From assembly GCA_037444305.1 (NCBI GenBank), contig JBBIMP010000018.1, positions 1 to 64,000 of the forward strand: a stretch of 64,000 nucleotides of DNA, written 5' to 3'. Below are positions 36,193 to 45,837 of the stretch, piece after piece; positions within the stretch are counted from its first letter, which is position 1; each line of letters opens with the position of its first letter. This stretch comes from Acidobacteriota bacterium. Its GTDB lineage: Bacteria > Acidobacteriota > UBA6911. The translations under genes were made by a program, and so were the position numbers. The notes beneath the pieces are model-generated. The model was not told the origin of the DNA, ran no database searches, and worked only from the letters and a program-made list of their open reading frames with translations.

Positions 36193-37491
36193 ATGAACGC
36201 TTTCATCCAGGTCTCTTCGGCCGAACCGGTGTGCGGGGAGGAAGTCCCTCTGGCGCTCGCCGGCAGGGTGATGTCGCAATTTGACGTCGAGGCGCCGCTG
36301 GAAGCCTACGATTTTCCTGAGAAGGGCAACATCCATCAGCACACTTTTATCATCCGGTCCGGGAGCGGCCGGAACACCCGCGACTACCTTCTCCAGCGGA
36401 TCAATCAGCAGGTTTTCACGCGCCCCAGGAGCGTGATGGCGGCGATGACGGCGTGCCTGGAGGCCCAGCGAAAGAACCTGGCGCGGGAAGGAAGCCGCCT
36501 GCAGGGCGAATGGGAGCCTATACGCCTGATCCCCACACGCGGCGGCGCTCCCTACCTGGAGCATGAAAACAGGCGCGGCAAGACCTATTGGCGGATGATG
36601 GTCCGCATCCCCGGCTGCGTGACGTACAAGAACCTCGGCGAGATCCCCGGCCGGGAGGCGCGGCTGGCGCTGGCCGAAGAGGCCGGCCGCGGGCTGGCCA
36701 TCTACGGGGACCTCACGGCGGACATGGATGCCGGCAGCCTGGCCAGCCCGCTGCCCGGCTATCGGGACACGGGGATTTACTACAACCAGCTGAAGTCGGT
36801 GCTCCGCGGCAACAGCACCGAGGCGGAGGCGGGCCCGCTGCTGCCGTCTGACGAGGAGTTGCGGCAGAGCACGCTCCGGCACTTTCTGGTGCATCTGCCG
36901 GAGGAGGAGACCGCGCGTCGCCGGGAGGATGAGACGCTGCGACCCTTCATCGACCTGGCCGAGGCGAGCGAGGATTACGCGATGCGCCTGCTGCTCGAGA
37001 TGGAATCGGGCAGGATCCGCACGGTCGCCATCCACGGGGATACCAAGCTCGACAATTTTCTCTTCGGTTCGCGCTCCGGAAGGGTGAAATCACTCGTGGA
37101 CCTGGACACCATCATGCCCCACACCTGGCTGGCGGACTGGGGAGACATGGTGAGGTCGCTCGTCAACGTGGCCGGCGAGAAGGAGAGGAACCTCGACAGG
37201 GTGGAAGTGGACATGGAGGTCTACGAGGCGCTGGCGCGGGGCTTCCTCCGGACGGCCCGCCGCGTGACCCGGGACGAGATCGAACTGATGGTGGATGGCG
37301 TGCAGATCATAGCCCTCGAGCTGGGAGTCCGCTTCCTGGCCGACCATCTGCGCGGGGACAGCTATTTCAAGCTGAACCTCACCGATCCGCCGGACATGAA
37401 CAAGTACCGGGCCATGGTTCAGCTCCGGCTGTTTGAAAAGCTGAAGGAAAACGGGGACCAGGCGAGGCGGTGCATCTCCCGCTGGGCGTGA
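36193..37491 (+). CDS. APH/ChoK-fold phosphotransferase (protein-kinase-like) family protein; candidate sugar 1-kinase
   Basis: ..IHGDTKLDNFLF.. (Brenner H-G-D-x4-N catalytic motif) and ..LVDLDTIMP.. (DxD metal site). The gene precedes two phosphohexomutase paralogues. The start is uncertain (alternative M at 36130). Confidence 0.65.
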   Translation: MNAFIQVSSAEPVCGEEVPLALAGRVMSQFDVEAPLEAYDFPEKGNIHQHTFIIRSGSGRNTRDYLLQRINQQVFTRPRSVMAAMTACLEAQRKNLAREGSRLQGEWEPIRLIPTRGGAPYLEHENRRGKTYWRMMVRIPGCVTYKNLGEIPGREARLALAEEAGRGLAIYGDLTADMDAGSLASPLPGYRDTGIYYNQLKSVLRGNSTEAEAGPLLPSDEELRQSTLRHFLVHLPEEETARRREDETLRPFIDLAEASEDYAMRLLLEMESGRIRTVAIHGDTKLDNFLFGSRSGRVKSLVDLDTIMPHTWLADWGDMVRSLVNVAGEKERNLDRVEVDMEVYEALARGFLRTARRVTRDEIELMVDGVQIIALELGVRFLADHLRGDSYFKLNLTDPPDMNKYRAMVQLRLFEKLKENGDQARRCISRWA

Positions 37492-37521
37492 AGCTGCGGC
37501 CGGCACGCCCCGGCGGACGGT

Positions 37522-38901
37522 TTGCCGATCATGCGTGAACTCAAGATAAGTCCGTCGTGGATCAGGGGAGTGGTCGGCGAGGCACTCACGCCCGAGCTGA
37601 CGGTCGACTTTGCCTGCGCCTTCGGAGCGTGGGCGGATGGCGGGCCGGTGGTCATCGGCCGGGACACGCGGCGGTCCTCCCCCATGTTGCGGGCGGCGGT
37701 GACGGCGGGTCTCATGTCGAGAGGATGCGAGGTGATCGACATGGGAATCTGCACGACGCCGCTGCTTTCCTTTGCCGTGCGCGAGCTGGCCTGCGCCGGC
37801 GGCATCTCCATCACGGGCAGCCACAACGACGCGCAGTGGAATGCGTTGAAATTTCTGGGTCCGGACGGAGCGCTGCTCAATGCGGTCAAGGGGGAGGAAC
37901 TGCTCGACATTTACCATGCGTCCCCATGCGGCGCGACGCCTCCGGCCTGGCTGGCCGTTTCCGCGCCGCCGCCCGACGTGAGAGAGCGGTACGTAGAGCA
38001 TCTGCTCGCCGCTGTCGACGGAGGCGCTATCCGCAGGCGGCGATTCAGGCTGGCCCTTGATTTCTGCAACGGGGCGGCCGGCGGTGTCGCTGCCGAATTC
38101 CTGGGCCGGCTCGGCTGCACCCTCGTCCCCCTGAATGCGGAGCCGGGCGGGACCTTCGCGCATCCGCCCGCGCCGTCCCCGGAGAACATGCGCCAGTTGA
38201 GCCGCTTCACACGGGAAGTGGCGGCGGACCTCGGCGCCGCGCTCAATGTCGACGGCGACCGGATCGGCTTCGTCCTGCGCGACGGGCGGGCGCTGTCGGA
38301 GGAGCACACACTGCCGCTGGCAGCCCTGGGCCGCCTGGCGCGCCGGCCGGGACCCGTGGTGGTCAACCTGTCGACTTCGCGCATGACGGATATCGTGGCA
38401 GCGCGCTTCGCCCAGAGGGTGGTGCGGGCGCCCGTGGGCGAGAGCTATGTGGTGGACCGCGCGCTGGAGGAGGGCGCGGTCCTCGCCGGCGAAGGATCGG
38501 GGGGAACCGTCGCGCTGCCGGCCGGCATGACGTTTGACGGCCTGCTGACGCTCGGCATCGTGCTGGAAGGGATTGCCGGCGAAGAGGGCGGACTGCAGTC
38601 CCTGGCCGACTCCCTTCCCCGCCTGGAGATGCGGAAGGGCGCGGTGGAATGCCTCCCTGACCGGGCCTACCGTGCCTTGGAATATTTCAGGGCATGCTAT
38701 GTCAGCCGGCAGCCCGACTTCACCGATGGAGTGCGCATCGACCTGCAGCATGCCTGGCTTCACGTCCGCGTTTCGAACACCGAGCCGCTCGTGAGAGTCA
38801 TTGCCGAGGCAGAGGATGCCGGCCGGGCAGACCGGCTCTTTGAGGAGGCGATGGCGCTGGCACGGCGGGCGGCGGACTCTGCGAGGGGGGGTGTGGGGTG
38901 A
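37522..38901 (+). CDS. Alpha-D-phosphohexomutase (phosphoglucosamine/phosphomannomutase family), copy 1
   Basis: ..GGISITGSHNDAQWNALKF.. (active-site Ser loop, a variant of T-A-S-H-N-P), ..LNVDGDRIGFV.. (metal-binding loop D-G-D-x-D/R) and ..GEGSGG.. (sugar-binding loop). Confidence 0.8.
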   Translation: MPIMRELKISPSWIRGVVGEALTPELTVDFACAFGAWADGGPVVIGRDTRRSSPMLRAAVTAGLMSRGCEVIDMGICTTPLLSFAVRELACAGGISITGSHNDAQWNALKFLGPDGALLNAVKGEELLDIYHASPCGATPPAWLAVSAPPPDVRERYVEHLLAAVDGGAIRRRRFRLALDFCNGAAGGVAAEFLGRLGCTLVPLNAEPGGTFAHPPAPSPENMRQLSRFTREVAADLGAALNVDGDRIGFVLRDGRALSEEHTLPLAALGRLARRPGPVVVNLSTSRMTDIVAARFAQRVVRAPVGESYVVDRALEEGAVLAGEGSGGTVALPAGMTFDGLLTLGIVLEGIAGEEGGLQSLADSLPRLEMRKGAVECLPDRAYRALEYFRACYVSRQPDFTDGVRIDLQHAWLHVRVSNTEPLVRVIAEAEDAGRADRLFEEAMALARRAADSARGGVG

Positions 38902-40253
38902 TGCGGCCGCCGGCCCTCAAGATCGGCATAAGCGGCGTCCGCGGCATTGCCGGGGAATCGCTCACGCCGCGGATCGTTACGTCCTTTGCCGCCGCCTTCG
39001 GGACCTGGTGCGGGCCGGGCACCATCCTGATCGGCACCGACACCCGGCCGTCGCGCGAAATGCTCGCGCAGGCTGCCGTCGCGGGATTGCTCAGCGTCGG
39101 CTCGACTCCGGTCTGCCTCGGAATCGTGCCGCTGCCTTCGCTTCAGTATCATGCGCGGCACAGCGATGCCGTCGGCGCGGTCTGCGTGACGGCCAGCCAC
39201 AACCTGGTCGAGTGGAATGCCCTGAAGTTTTTCGGGCCCGACGGCAGCGCGCTGCGACCCAGCCAGTTTGCCGAACTGACCGATCTCTACCACCAGGGTT
39301 TCTACCCGCGGGTTCGCGCGGAGGACATTCGCGAAACACGGACCGATGCGTCGGCGGTGGCGAAGCACAGGGCGGGAGTGCTCGCGGCGGTCGACGCGGG
39401 CTTGATCCGGTCCCGCCGGTTGACGGTTGCGGTCGATTGCTGCAACGGCGCGGCTGCGGAAGCGGCGCCCGAGTTTCTCCGGGCGCTGGGCTGCCGGGTC
39501 ATCGAGGTGCACACGAATTCCGCAGCGCCGTTTCCGCGGAATCCGGAGCCCGCGGCGGAGAATCTGGAGGATCTCTGCCGCGCGGTCGCCGAATCGGGGG
39601 CAGCCGTCGGCCTGGCGCTGGATGCGGACGCCGACCGGCTGGCAATCGTGGGGGAGCGGGGCCGCCCGCTGGGTGAGGACTGCACCGTGGCGCTGGCGGC
39701 GGATCATCTCCTGGGCCGGAGGGGCAGTCCCGTGGTCGTGAGCCTGCCGACCAGCCGGCTGGTGGACGAGATCGCTCGAAGGCACGGCTCGGCGGTTCAC
39801 CGGACCAGGGTGGGGGAAAGCCACGTGGTTGAACGCATGCATGCCTGCGGCGCAGCCATCGGCGGCGAGGGGAACGGCGGTGTCGTCGTGCCGGCGGTGA
39901 ATCCGTGCCGCGACGGCTTTGTGGCGATGGCGCTGTTGCTGGAGATGATCGCCGAGCGGCGGGCCGGACCGGAGGAGATCCGATCGCAGTGGCCGCCGTA
40001 CGCCATGGTGAAGCGCCGGATGCCGTGCCGCGCCCGTGACGTGGCGGCTTTTCTCCGGCTGATGCGCCACCTGTACCGCGACGACGAACTGGATCTCACG
40101 GACGGCGTACTGGTCCGCCGGCCGGACAGATGGCTGCACATCCGTGGTTCGAACACCGAGCCCGTCCTGAGAATCATCGCGGAGGCCCCCACAGACGAGG
40201 AAGCGCAGGGTCTGGTGCAGCACGCGCTCACTTACCTGCGCTCCCCGGGATGA
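38898..40253 (+). CDS. Alpha-D-phosphohexomutase, copy 2 (tandem paralogue; its start overlaps the copy 1 stop)
   Basis: ..CVTASHNLVEWNALKF.., ..LDADADRLAIV.. and ..GGEGNGG.., the same architecture as copy 1. Overlap is gtgATGa. Confidence 0.8.
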   Translation: MMRPPALKIGISGVRGIAGESLTPRIVTSFAAAFGTWCGPGTILIGTDTRPSREMLAQAAVAGLLSVGSTPVCLGIVPLPSLQYHARHSDAVGAVCVTASHNLVEWNALKFFGPDGSALRPSQFAELTDLYHQGFYPRVRAEDIRETRTDASAVAKHRAGVLAAVDAGLIRSRRLTVAVDCCNGAAAEAAPEFLRALGCRVIEVHTNSAAPFPRNPEPAAENLEDLCRAVAESGAAVGLALDADADRLAIVGERGRPLGEDCTVALAADHLLGRRGSPVVVSLPTSRLVDEIARRHGSAVHRTRVGESHVVERMHACGAAIGGEGNGGVVVPAVNPCRDGFVAMALLLEMIAERRAGPEEIRSQWPPYAMVKRRMPCRARDVAAFLRLMRHLYRDDELDLTDGVLVRRPDRWLHIRGSNTEPVLRIIAEAPTDEEAQGLVQHALTYLRSPG

Positions 40254-40443
40254 GAGCAAGCCGGGGAAATCCCGGCGCCGGTCAGCACCGTAATCCGGGC
40301 AGCGGGAACAAGCCGCTGGGAGAGCAGTTCGATCTTCCTCCGGATGTCCATGAGATGCCCCCCTCGTTGCGCGGATCACGCCTGGGCGGTCCAGTGTCGG
40401 CTATAATCCACGAGGCAGGGACCGATCACGGAGAAAGAAGCGG

Positions 40444-41088
40444 ATGAAGCGGGAAAAACGAATCGAGCAAATCCTGGAGAAGCTGGATGAGACCTACCCG
40501 GACGCGCGCTGTGCCCTCGAGCACGGCAATCCCCTCGAGTTGCTGGTGGCCACGATCCTGTCGGCGCAATGCACGGATGAGCGCGTCAACCTGGTAACGC
40601 GCGAGCTGTTCGGAAAGTTCCGCAAGCCCGAGGACTATCTTGGCGTCCCGGCGGAGGAGTTCGAGGCGGACATACACTCCACCGGTTTTTTCCGCAACAA
40701 GACAAAGAGCATACGAGGGGCCTGCCGCGTGATCCTCGACAGGTTCGAGGGGAAGGTTCCCGACACGATGGAGGGGCTGCTCGAGCTGCCCGGGGTCGCC
40801 AGGAAAACCGCGAACGTGGTCCTGGGGACCGCGTTCGGAAAGGCCGAAGGCATTGTCGTGGACACCCACGTGCTCCGCGTTTCGCGCCGCCTGGGACTGA
40901 GCCGGGACGGGACGGCCGAAAAGGTGGAAGCCGACCTGATGGGGCTGATGGACCGGGAGAGGTGGATCGCATTCTCCCACCAGGTGATCCAGCACGGGCG
41001 GCGGGTGTGCAAGGCAAGGAAGCCTTTGTGTGGCGACTGTTCCGTCGAAGACCTCTGTTCATCCGAGGATAAGACGACGCCGCGCTGA
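40444..41088 (+). CDS. nth: Endonuclease III (DNA glycosylase/AP lyase)
   Basis: HhH-GPD ..LPGVARKTANVVL.., catalytic Lys/Asp region, and a C-terminal 4Fe-4S cluster CKARKPLCGDCSVEDLC. Confidence 0.9.
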   Translation: MKREKRIEQILEKLDETYPDARCALEHGNPLELLVATILSAQCTDERVNLVTRELFGKFRKPEDYLGVPAEEFEADIHSTGFFRNKTKSIRGACRVILDRFEGKVPDTMEGLLELPGVARKTANVVLGTAFGKAEGIVVDTHVLRVSRRLGLSRDGTAEKVEADLMGLMDRERWIAFSHQVIQHGRRVCKARKPLCGDCSVEDLCSSEDKTTPR

Positions 41089-41167
41089 GCGGTCCGGCTC
41101 GTGTCGCGGATTATCGTTCTGACGATCGGCGGCGCGGTCGCTTCCGTGGATGCCGTGTCTGCGCCGG

Positions 41168-41720
41168 TCACTTGCCGGCGACCCGGGAAATGTGGCGCAG
41201 GAATCGGCGATGGTCCACGGCGACGTTTCCGGTCACCCGCTGCCCCGCGGCGACGTCGCCGATCACGGCCGATCCCAGACTGATCCCGGCCCCATCCCCT
41301 ATGGTTATGCTGTTTGCCAGGGTTGCGCCCGGCCCGATCCAGACGTCGTCGCCGATCGTCACGTACCCGTTCACGACGCTGCCGTGCCCGATCTTGCAGC
41401 GCCTGCCGGTGCGGACGTTGTGCGAAACGAAGGCGCCGTTTCCGACGCGCGTGGAAGGGCCGATTGTGGTGGGCTGCCGGAAGAACGCGCGGGCGGCGTC
41501 CATGTAGTTGTGACAATGGATGACGTCGGGCTCGAATTCCAGTCGGCGAAGTTTCGAAACGACGGGAATCCCTGCCGCCGCAATTTCCGCCGCGATGTCC
41601 CCGAGAATCGGGCTGTAAACGGCAACCGCGTGGCCCTTCGGCGTGGTCTCAATCCGCTTACATCTCCCGGAAAGGATCACGTTTCGCACAGGCTTCTGGC
41701 TCTGGGCTTGAAGCCGCGAA
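41168..41720 (-). CDS. Hexapeptide-repeat sugar N/O-acyltransferase (NeuD/PglD-like). Start approximate.
   Basis: The C-terminal left-handed beta-helix repeats, ..IGHGSVVNGYVTIGDDVWIGPGATLANSITIGDGAGISLGSAVIGDV.., are preceded by a Rossmann-like ..AVAVYSPILGDIAAEIAAAGIPVV... The 5' end of the listed 343-aa ORF is out of frame. Confidence 0.6.
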
Positions 41721-41721
41721 T

Positions 41722-41932
41722 CGCGGTGGCCGTTCTTTACACCGTGGGAATTGCCAGCGGCCTGCTGGCGGTCGTGGTTTACCGGCGCAGCTTCGGGGAA
41801 GCGGTCGTCCTGCTGGAGGATGAGGAGCTGCGGCGGCGCATGGGCGCGGCAGGGCGACAGCGAGCGGAAACCAGGTTTTCGAGCCGGATGATGATCGAGC
41901 GGACGCTGGAGCTCTACCGTCGGCTGGGCTGA
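41722..41932 (+). pseudogene. Remnant C-terminal tail of a GT1/GT4 glycosyltransferase
   Basis: ..EDEELRRRMGAAGRQRAETRFSSRMMIERTLELYRRLG* is the typical GT4 C-terminal helix. No N-terminal domain lies upstream, since that space is occupied by the opposite-strand acyltransferase. Confidence 0.45.
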
Positions 41933-41956
41933 AGCGGATTTAGGCGCGCCCGGTGC

Positions 41957-42493
41957 ATGCCTTCCGGGCCTGGTCGGAATACGGCTGCAGCAGACCACCG
42001 TTTCGACCGTGGCGCCGCGGAGCTTCTCGCGGAGAAGATGCCCGGGCTGCACGTAGTCCTGATCGGGCCGATCAGCCCCATGAACCGCCGGAACCTGCAG
42101 GCCCGGGCGAACATCCATGCGCTGGGAGCCATCGAATACGGTCGTCTGCCCGGGTTTTTGCAGCACGCCGATTTGGGACTGCTGCCGCTGAGCGATCACC
42201 CGAAGAACCGCGGGAGGAGCCCGATGAAGCTGTTCGAGTACGCGGCGGCGGGGCTGCCGGTAGTTGCACGCAGCGCTTCGGACACAATCCGGAGAAACGA
42301 GTCCTTTGTCCGGACCTATGCCGATCCGTCAGAGATCGTGAGCAAAGTGGCCCGTATTCTGCAAGGCGAACATGCCGGCAGAGAGGACATAAGGGAGCTG
42401 GCGCGCGCGCACTCCTGGAAGGCCAAGGCAGACGTGCTCCTGGATTTCGTCAACTCGCTGACACCGGGCGTGCAGAACGCGGCGCGCCAATGA
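41957..42493 (+). pseudogene. Glycosyltransferase family 1 C-terminal domain only (truncated gene)
   Basis: ..GLHVVLIGPIS..NIHALGAIEYGRLPGFLQHADLGLLPLSD....KLFEYAAAGLPVVA.. matches the Glycos_transf_1 C-domain including the E-x7-E region. The roughly 170-aa N-terminal domain is missing. Confidence 0.55.
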
Positions 42494-42813
42494 GGAGGAT
42501 GCGGAGGTCCATGACATTGGTGCGCGTGGGGCAGGTGATGATCAGGTCGTCCAGCTTAGAGAAGAACTCGTAGGAGTTGTTGTCGTCGCGGCACTGCTCG
42601 AAAACCCGGGGACCGATGGCCGCGGCCGCCTTGCCGGCCCCCAGGACCCAAAGGTTCCGGGCGCGGTTCGGATCGTACCGCTGCCCGGCCAGCCGCAGCG
42701 TCGAGCCGCGCATCTTGAGAGCCCGTTGGATGGCGGCCCCCGGGTCCGCCGCCCGAAGCGCCGCGGACCATATCTTCTCGGCATCGGACCGCAGATCGGG
42801 CTTGCTTTTCATG
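42450..42813 (-). pseudogene. Glycerate kinase (MOFRL/GckA family), N-terminal fragment
   Basis: MKSKPDLRSDAEKIWSAALRAADPGAAIQRALK...NLWVLGAGKAAAAIG matches the DUF4147 N-terminus with the G-x-GKA motif. Similarity is lost after about 95 aa and the ORF terminates. The full protein is about 420 aa. Confidence 0.45.
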
Positions 42814-42831
42814 CGCCGGCCCCGTTCATGG

Positions 42832-43878
42832 CTATTCCCCGCCCGCCGGTTTTTGCGGCGGCTGCAGTTGGGGCAGGATCTGGTCGGCCGCCCCGGTAAA
42901 GACGGCCACCACCTGGCGGTCAAACTGGGTGTCGGCGCAGCTCTCCAGCTCCAGCAGGGCCATGTCCACGCTCAAGGCGGACCGGTGCGGCCTGCACCGG
43001 GTCATTGAATCAAAAGCCTCCGCCACGGCGATGATCCTGGCGCCGAGCGGAATAATGTTCCCTTTCAACCCGTCCGGGTAGCCGCCGCCGTCGTATCGTT
43101 CATGATGGTGGCGGATGTATTTCAAGACCTCGTCGTCGTCCAGGATAGGCTTCAGTACGACCTCGGCCAGGCAGGTGTGTTCCTGGATCTGGCGGTACTC
43201 CTCCAGGGTCAGGCTTTCCTTCTTGTGCAGCAGGAGATCCTCGACGGGGATCATGCCGACGTCGTGCAGAAGTGCGGCCAGGTAGACCTTGCGCACGCCG
43301 TCTTTGGTCATCTTCAGTTCCCTGGCGACATGGCGGGAGATCTCGGCCACGTTCACGGAGTGGCCCACGTCGAAGGGAATTCTCAGTTCGAGCAGGCGCA
43401 CGAGGACCTGGGTCATCGAATAGAAAAGCCGCTGGGTCTCCGCTGCCCGCTCCTCGACCATCTGCTCGAGGTAGTTCTGAAACTCCCGATTGGAGCGCTC
43501 GAGCCTTCCGGTTGCGAGAGCCCGCTTGGCAGCCAGCACCACCTGGCTGAGGTTGAAGGGCTTGACAATGTAGTCGTAGGCTCCGAGATGGATGCACTCC
43601 ATGGCGGTCTCCGCGGTGTTCAAGCCGGTGATCATGACCACCAGCGAGCCGGGGTGCGCCTCCCGGATCTCCTCCAGCAGTTCCTGGATCGGCCTGCCGG
43701 GCATCCTGATGTCGGTGAACACCAGGTCGAAGGCTTGCCGCCGCAATTCGGCCAGCGCGCCGTCGACGTCCGCGGCGGTACGGCAGGCGAAGCCCTCTCC
43801 CGTCAGCAGGGAGTCGAGAATTTCCCTGATGTCCGGTTCGTCGTCCACAATCAGAATCTGTGATTTGTTGTTTTCCAT
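42832..43878 (-). CDS. Response regulator with an HD-GYP c-di-GMP phosphodiesterase domain
   Basis: REC domain: ILIVDDEPDIREIL...DLVFTDIRMPG (phospho-acceptor Asp). HD-GYP domain: ..AALLHDVGM...HHERYDGGGYP. Confidence 0.85.
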   Translation of the reverse strand: MENNKSQILIVDDEPDIREILDSLLTGEGFACRTAADVDGALAELRRQAFDLVFTDIRMPGRPIQELLEEIREAHPGSLVVMITGLNTAETAMECIHLGAYDYIVKPFNLSQVVLAAKRALATGRLERSNREFQNYLEQMVEERAAETQRLFYSMTQVLVRLLELRIPFDVGHSVNVAEISRHVARELKMTKDGVRKVYLAALLHDVGMIPVEDLLLHKKESLTLEEYRQIQEHTCLAEVVLKPILDDDEVLKYIRHHHERYDGGGYPDGLKGNIIPLGARIIAVAEAFDSMTRCRPHRSALSVDMALLELESCADTQFDRQVVAVFTGAADQILPQLQPPQKPAGGE

Positions 43879-43973
43879 AGAAATCCCGCGACAGGCGCCC
43901 AGCGGCCGGCCAACAATCGATTGACACTGGGGAGCCCAAATAGGATCATGTCGACCGATCGGTCTGGAGGCCC

Positions 43974-44171
43974 ATGAAAGAGAAATTTGCCGGTTTCAGA
44001 GAAGCGTGCGACTTCAAGGTCGACGACAAACAGCACCAGTGCGGGGATTGCGCGCTGTTCATTTCCGAGGAGCAGTTCATCGACGCCAAGAGCAACTGGG
44101 GCACCTGCCGTTACCACTCGCACGCCTTTTTGAAGTTCCGGCGAGCCTGCTACTCGTTCGAGAAGAAGTAA
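43974..44171 (+). CDS. Small Cys-rich hypothetical protein (possible zinc ribbon)
   Basis: 65 aa with Cys at positions 12, 23, 26, 45 and 59, and a GGAGG RBS 4 nt upstream. Not conserved-domain verified. Confidence 0.3.
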   Translation: MKEKFAGFREACDFKVDDKQHQCGDCALFISEEQFIDAKSNWGTCRYHSHAFLKFRRACYSFEKK

Positions 44172-44213
44172 GCCCGCCACTCGGCCCGGGGGATTCCCTC
44201 TCCCGGCCCCCAT

Positions 44214-45452
44214 TCAGTTGCGTTCCACCACGGCCGCGGCGACGAGGTTCGCGATGACGCCGCGGAGGTGCGTAGCGTCGCCCTTGCCGTCGGGATGCAC
44301 GCGGTTGCTCAGTATCACGACAAAACAGTCGAGATCGGGATTCACCCACAGGGAAGTGCCGGTGAAGCCCGTGTGCCCGAATCCTTCGCGGAAGAGGTCA
44401 CCGCGAGGGGAGGAGAAGGCAGTGTCCAGGTCCCAGCCGAAGCCCCGGACGGAGGCCGCGGCTTTCGGGGACTGCGGGGAGGTCATGGCGCTGACAGCCA
44501 GCGGTGCGAGCAGATTCCTGCCGTCGTGACTCCCGTGGTTCAGCAGCATCTGAGCATAGATCGCGACGTCCGCGGCGCTCGAAAACAGCCCGGCATGCCC
44601 GGCCACGCCCCCCATGCGCCATGCCGTCGGATCGTGCACCTCGCCCCGGAGGATCGCGTCGGATGGCGCGGCGGCGTCCGCTCCGCCGAGGTACGCGAGC
44701 GCCCGCGTGCGGGACTCGGTGGGGGCGATCCTGGAGTGCCATTCGGCCGGCGGGTTGAACGCCGTATCCTTCATGCCGAGGGGTTCGTACAGGGCTTCAC
44801 GGACGAACACATCCAGGGATTGTCCCGCCACCGACCGGACTATTTCCGCGAGCGCGATGAAATTCAGGTCGCTGTACTTGAACTCGGTGCCCGGCTTGCT
44901 TTCGGTGGTTTCCAGCCAGAGCTCCTCCAGCGCGGCCTCGCGACCGGTCCATTTTCGGGCGAGGTCGAAATCTGGACGCAGGCCCGAATAATGAACCAGG
45001 AGGTGGCGCACGGTGATGTCCTCCTTGCCGCCGCCGGTAAACCTCGGCAGGTAACGGCGCACTCTGTCGCCCAGCCGGACCCTGCCGTCCTGAACGAGCA
45101 TCATGATCGCCGGCGTGGTCGCCATAACCTTGGTCAGGGAGGCCATGTCGAATATGGTGTCCAGCGTCATGGGCTCTGCCGCGGGGCGGACGGCGCGATT
45201 TCCAAAAGGCTTCCAATAGGCGATCTTGCCGTGCCTCGCGACCAGTACCACCGCCCCGGGTATCTCGCCGCCGCGAATGGCTCGTGCGACCGCTTCGTCG
45301 ATCAGCGCCAGCCGCGAGGGCGATAAGCCGACGGCTTCCGGGGGTGCGGTGGGCAAGCCTCGAGAACCCGGAGCCCGCGCCTGCGAGTCTGCGGCTGGCG
45401 CATCGAGCATGAGAATGGAAGCGAGGCAGAGCGACAGATAGGATTGCAGCAA
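44214..45452 (-). CDS. Serine hydrolase, beta-lactamase/PBP4*-family (class C-like fold), secreted
   Basis: ..FDMASLTKVMATT.. (S-x-x-K), ..HYSGL.. (Y-x-N/S-like) and ..GHTGFTG.. (K/H-T-G box), with a signal peptide. Confidence 0.8.
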   Translation of the reverse strand: MLQSYLSLCLASILMLDAPAADSQARAPGSRGLPTAPPEAVGLSPSRLALIDEAVARAIRGGEIPGAVVLVARHGKIAYWKPFGNRAVRPAAEPMTLDTIFDMASLTKVMATTPAIMMLVQDGRVRLGDRVRRYLPRFTGGGKEDITVRHLLVHYSGLRPDFDLARKWTGREAALEELWLETTESKPGTEFKYSDLNFIALAEIVRSVAGQSLDVFVREALYEPLGMKDTAFNPPAEWHSRIAPTESRTRALAYLGGADAAAPSDAILRGEVHDPTAWRMGGVAGHAGLFSSAADVAIYAQMLLNHGSHDGRNLLAPLAVSAMTSPQSPKAAASVRGFGWDLDTAFSSPRGDLFREGFGHTGFTGTSLWVNPDLDCFVVILSNRVHPDGKGDATHLRGVIANLVAAAVVERN

Positions 45453-45465
45453 GTTTCACCCTCCT

Positions 45466-45837
45466 TCAGAGGTTTCCGGCAGCCCTGGCCTCCAGGACTT
45501 CGCGGATCTTCCCCTTGAGCGGCTCGAGGTCGCCGGATTTGATGACGTAGCCGTCGGCGGCCCAGGCGAGAAAATTGTCCATGTAGCAGGAATAGGCAGT
45601 GTTCAGAATGACCGGCACCTTCTCGTTTTCCTGCAGCATCTGGATCATGGCCTCCAGGCCGTCCATCTCCGGCATCCTGATGTCCATGAGGACCAGGTCG
45701 GGAGGCTCGCTCGCGACAATATCCAGGGCCTGCCGCCCGTTCTCCGCCACCAGCGTGCGGTAGCCCTCCTGTTCCAGTTCGGTCTGGTAGAGCTTACGCA
45801 GGTTTTTGTCGTCTTCGACGATTAGGATGGTTTTCAT
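45466..45837 (-). CDS. Single-domain (CheY-like) response regulator
   Basis: MKTILIVEDDKNLRKLY...DLVLMDIRMPEMDGLEA.. This is a REC domain only. Confidence 0.85.
   Translation of the reverse strand: MKTILIVEDDKNLRKLYQTELEQEGYRTLVAENGRQALDIVASEPPDLVLMDIRMPEMDGLEAMIQMLQENEKVPVILNTAYSCYMDNFLAWAADGYVIKSGDLEPLKGKIREVLEARAAGNL

Noticed and set aside
38760-40379. 539-aa minus-strand ORF
   Set aside because: It is antisense to the second phosphohexomutase, which has clear active-site loops, and reads as Arg/Pro/Ala-rich antisense noise.
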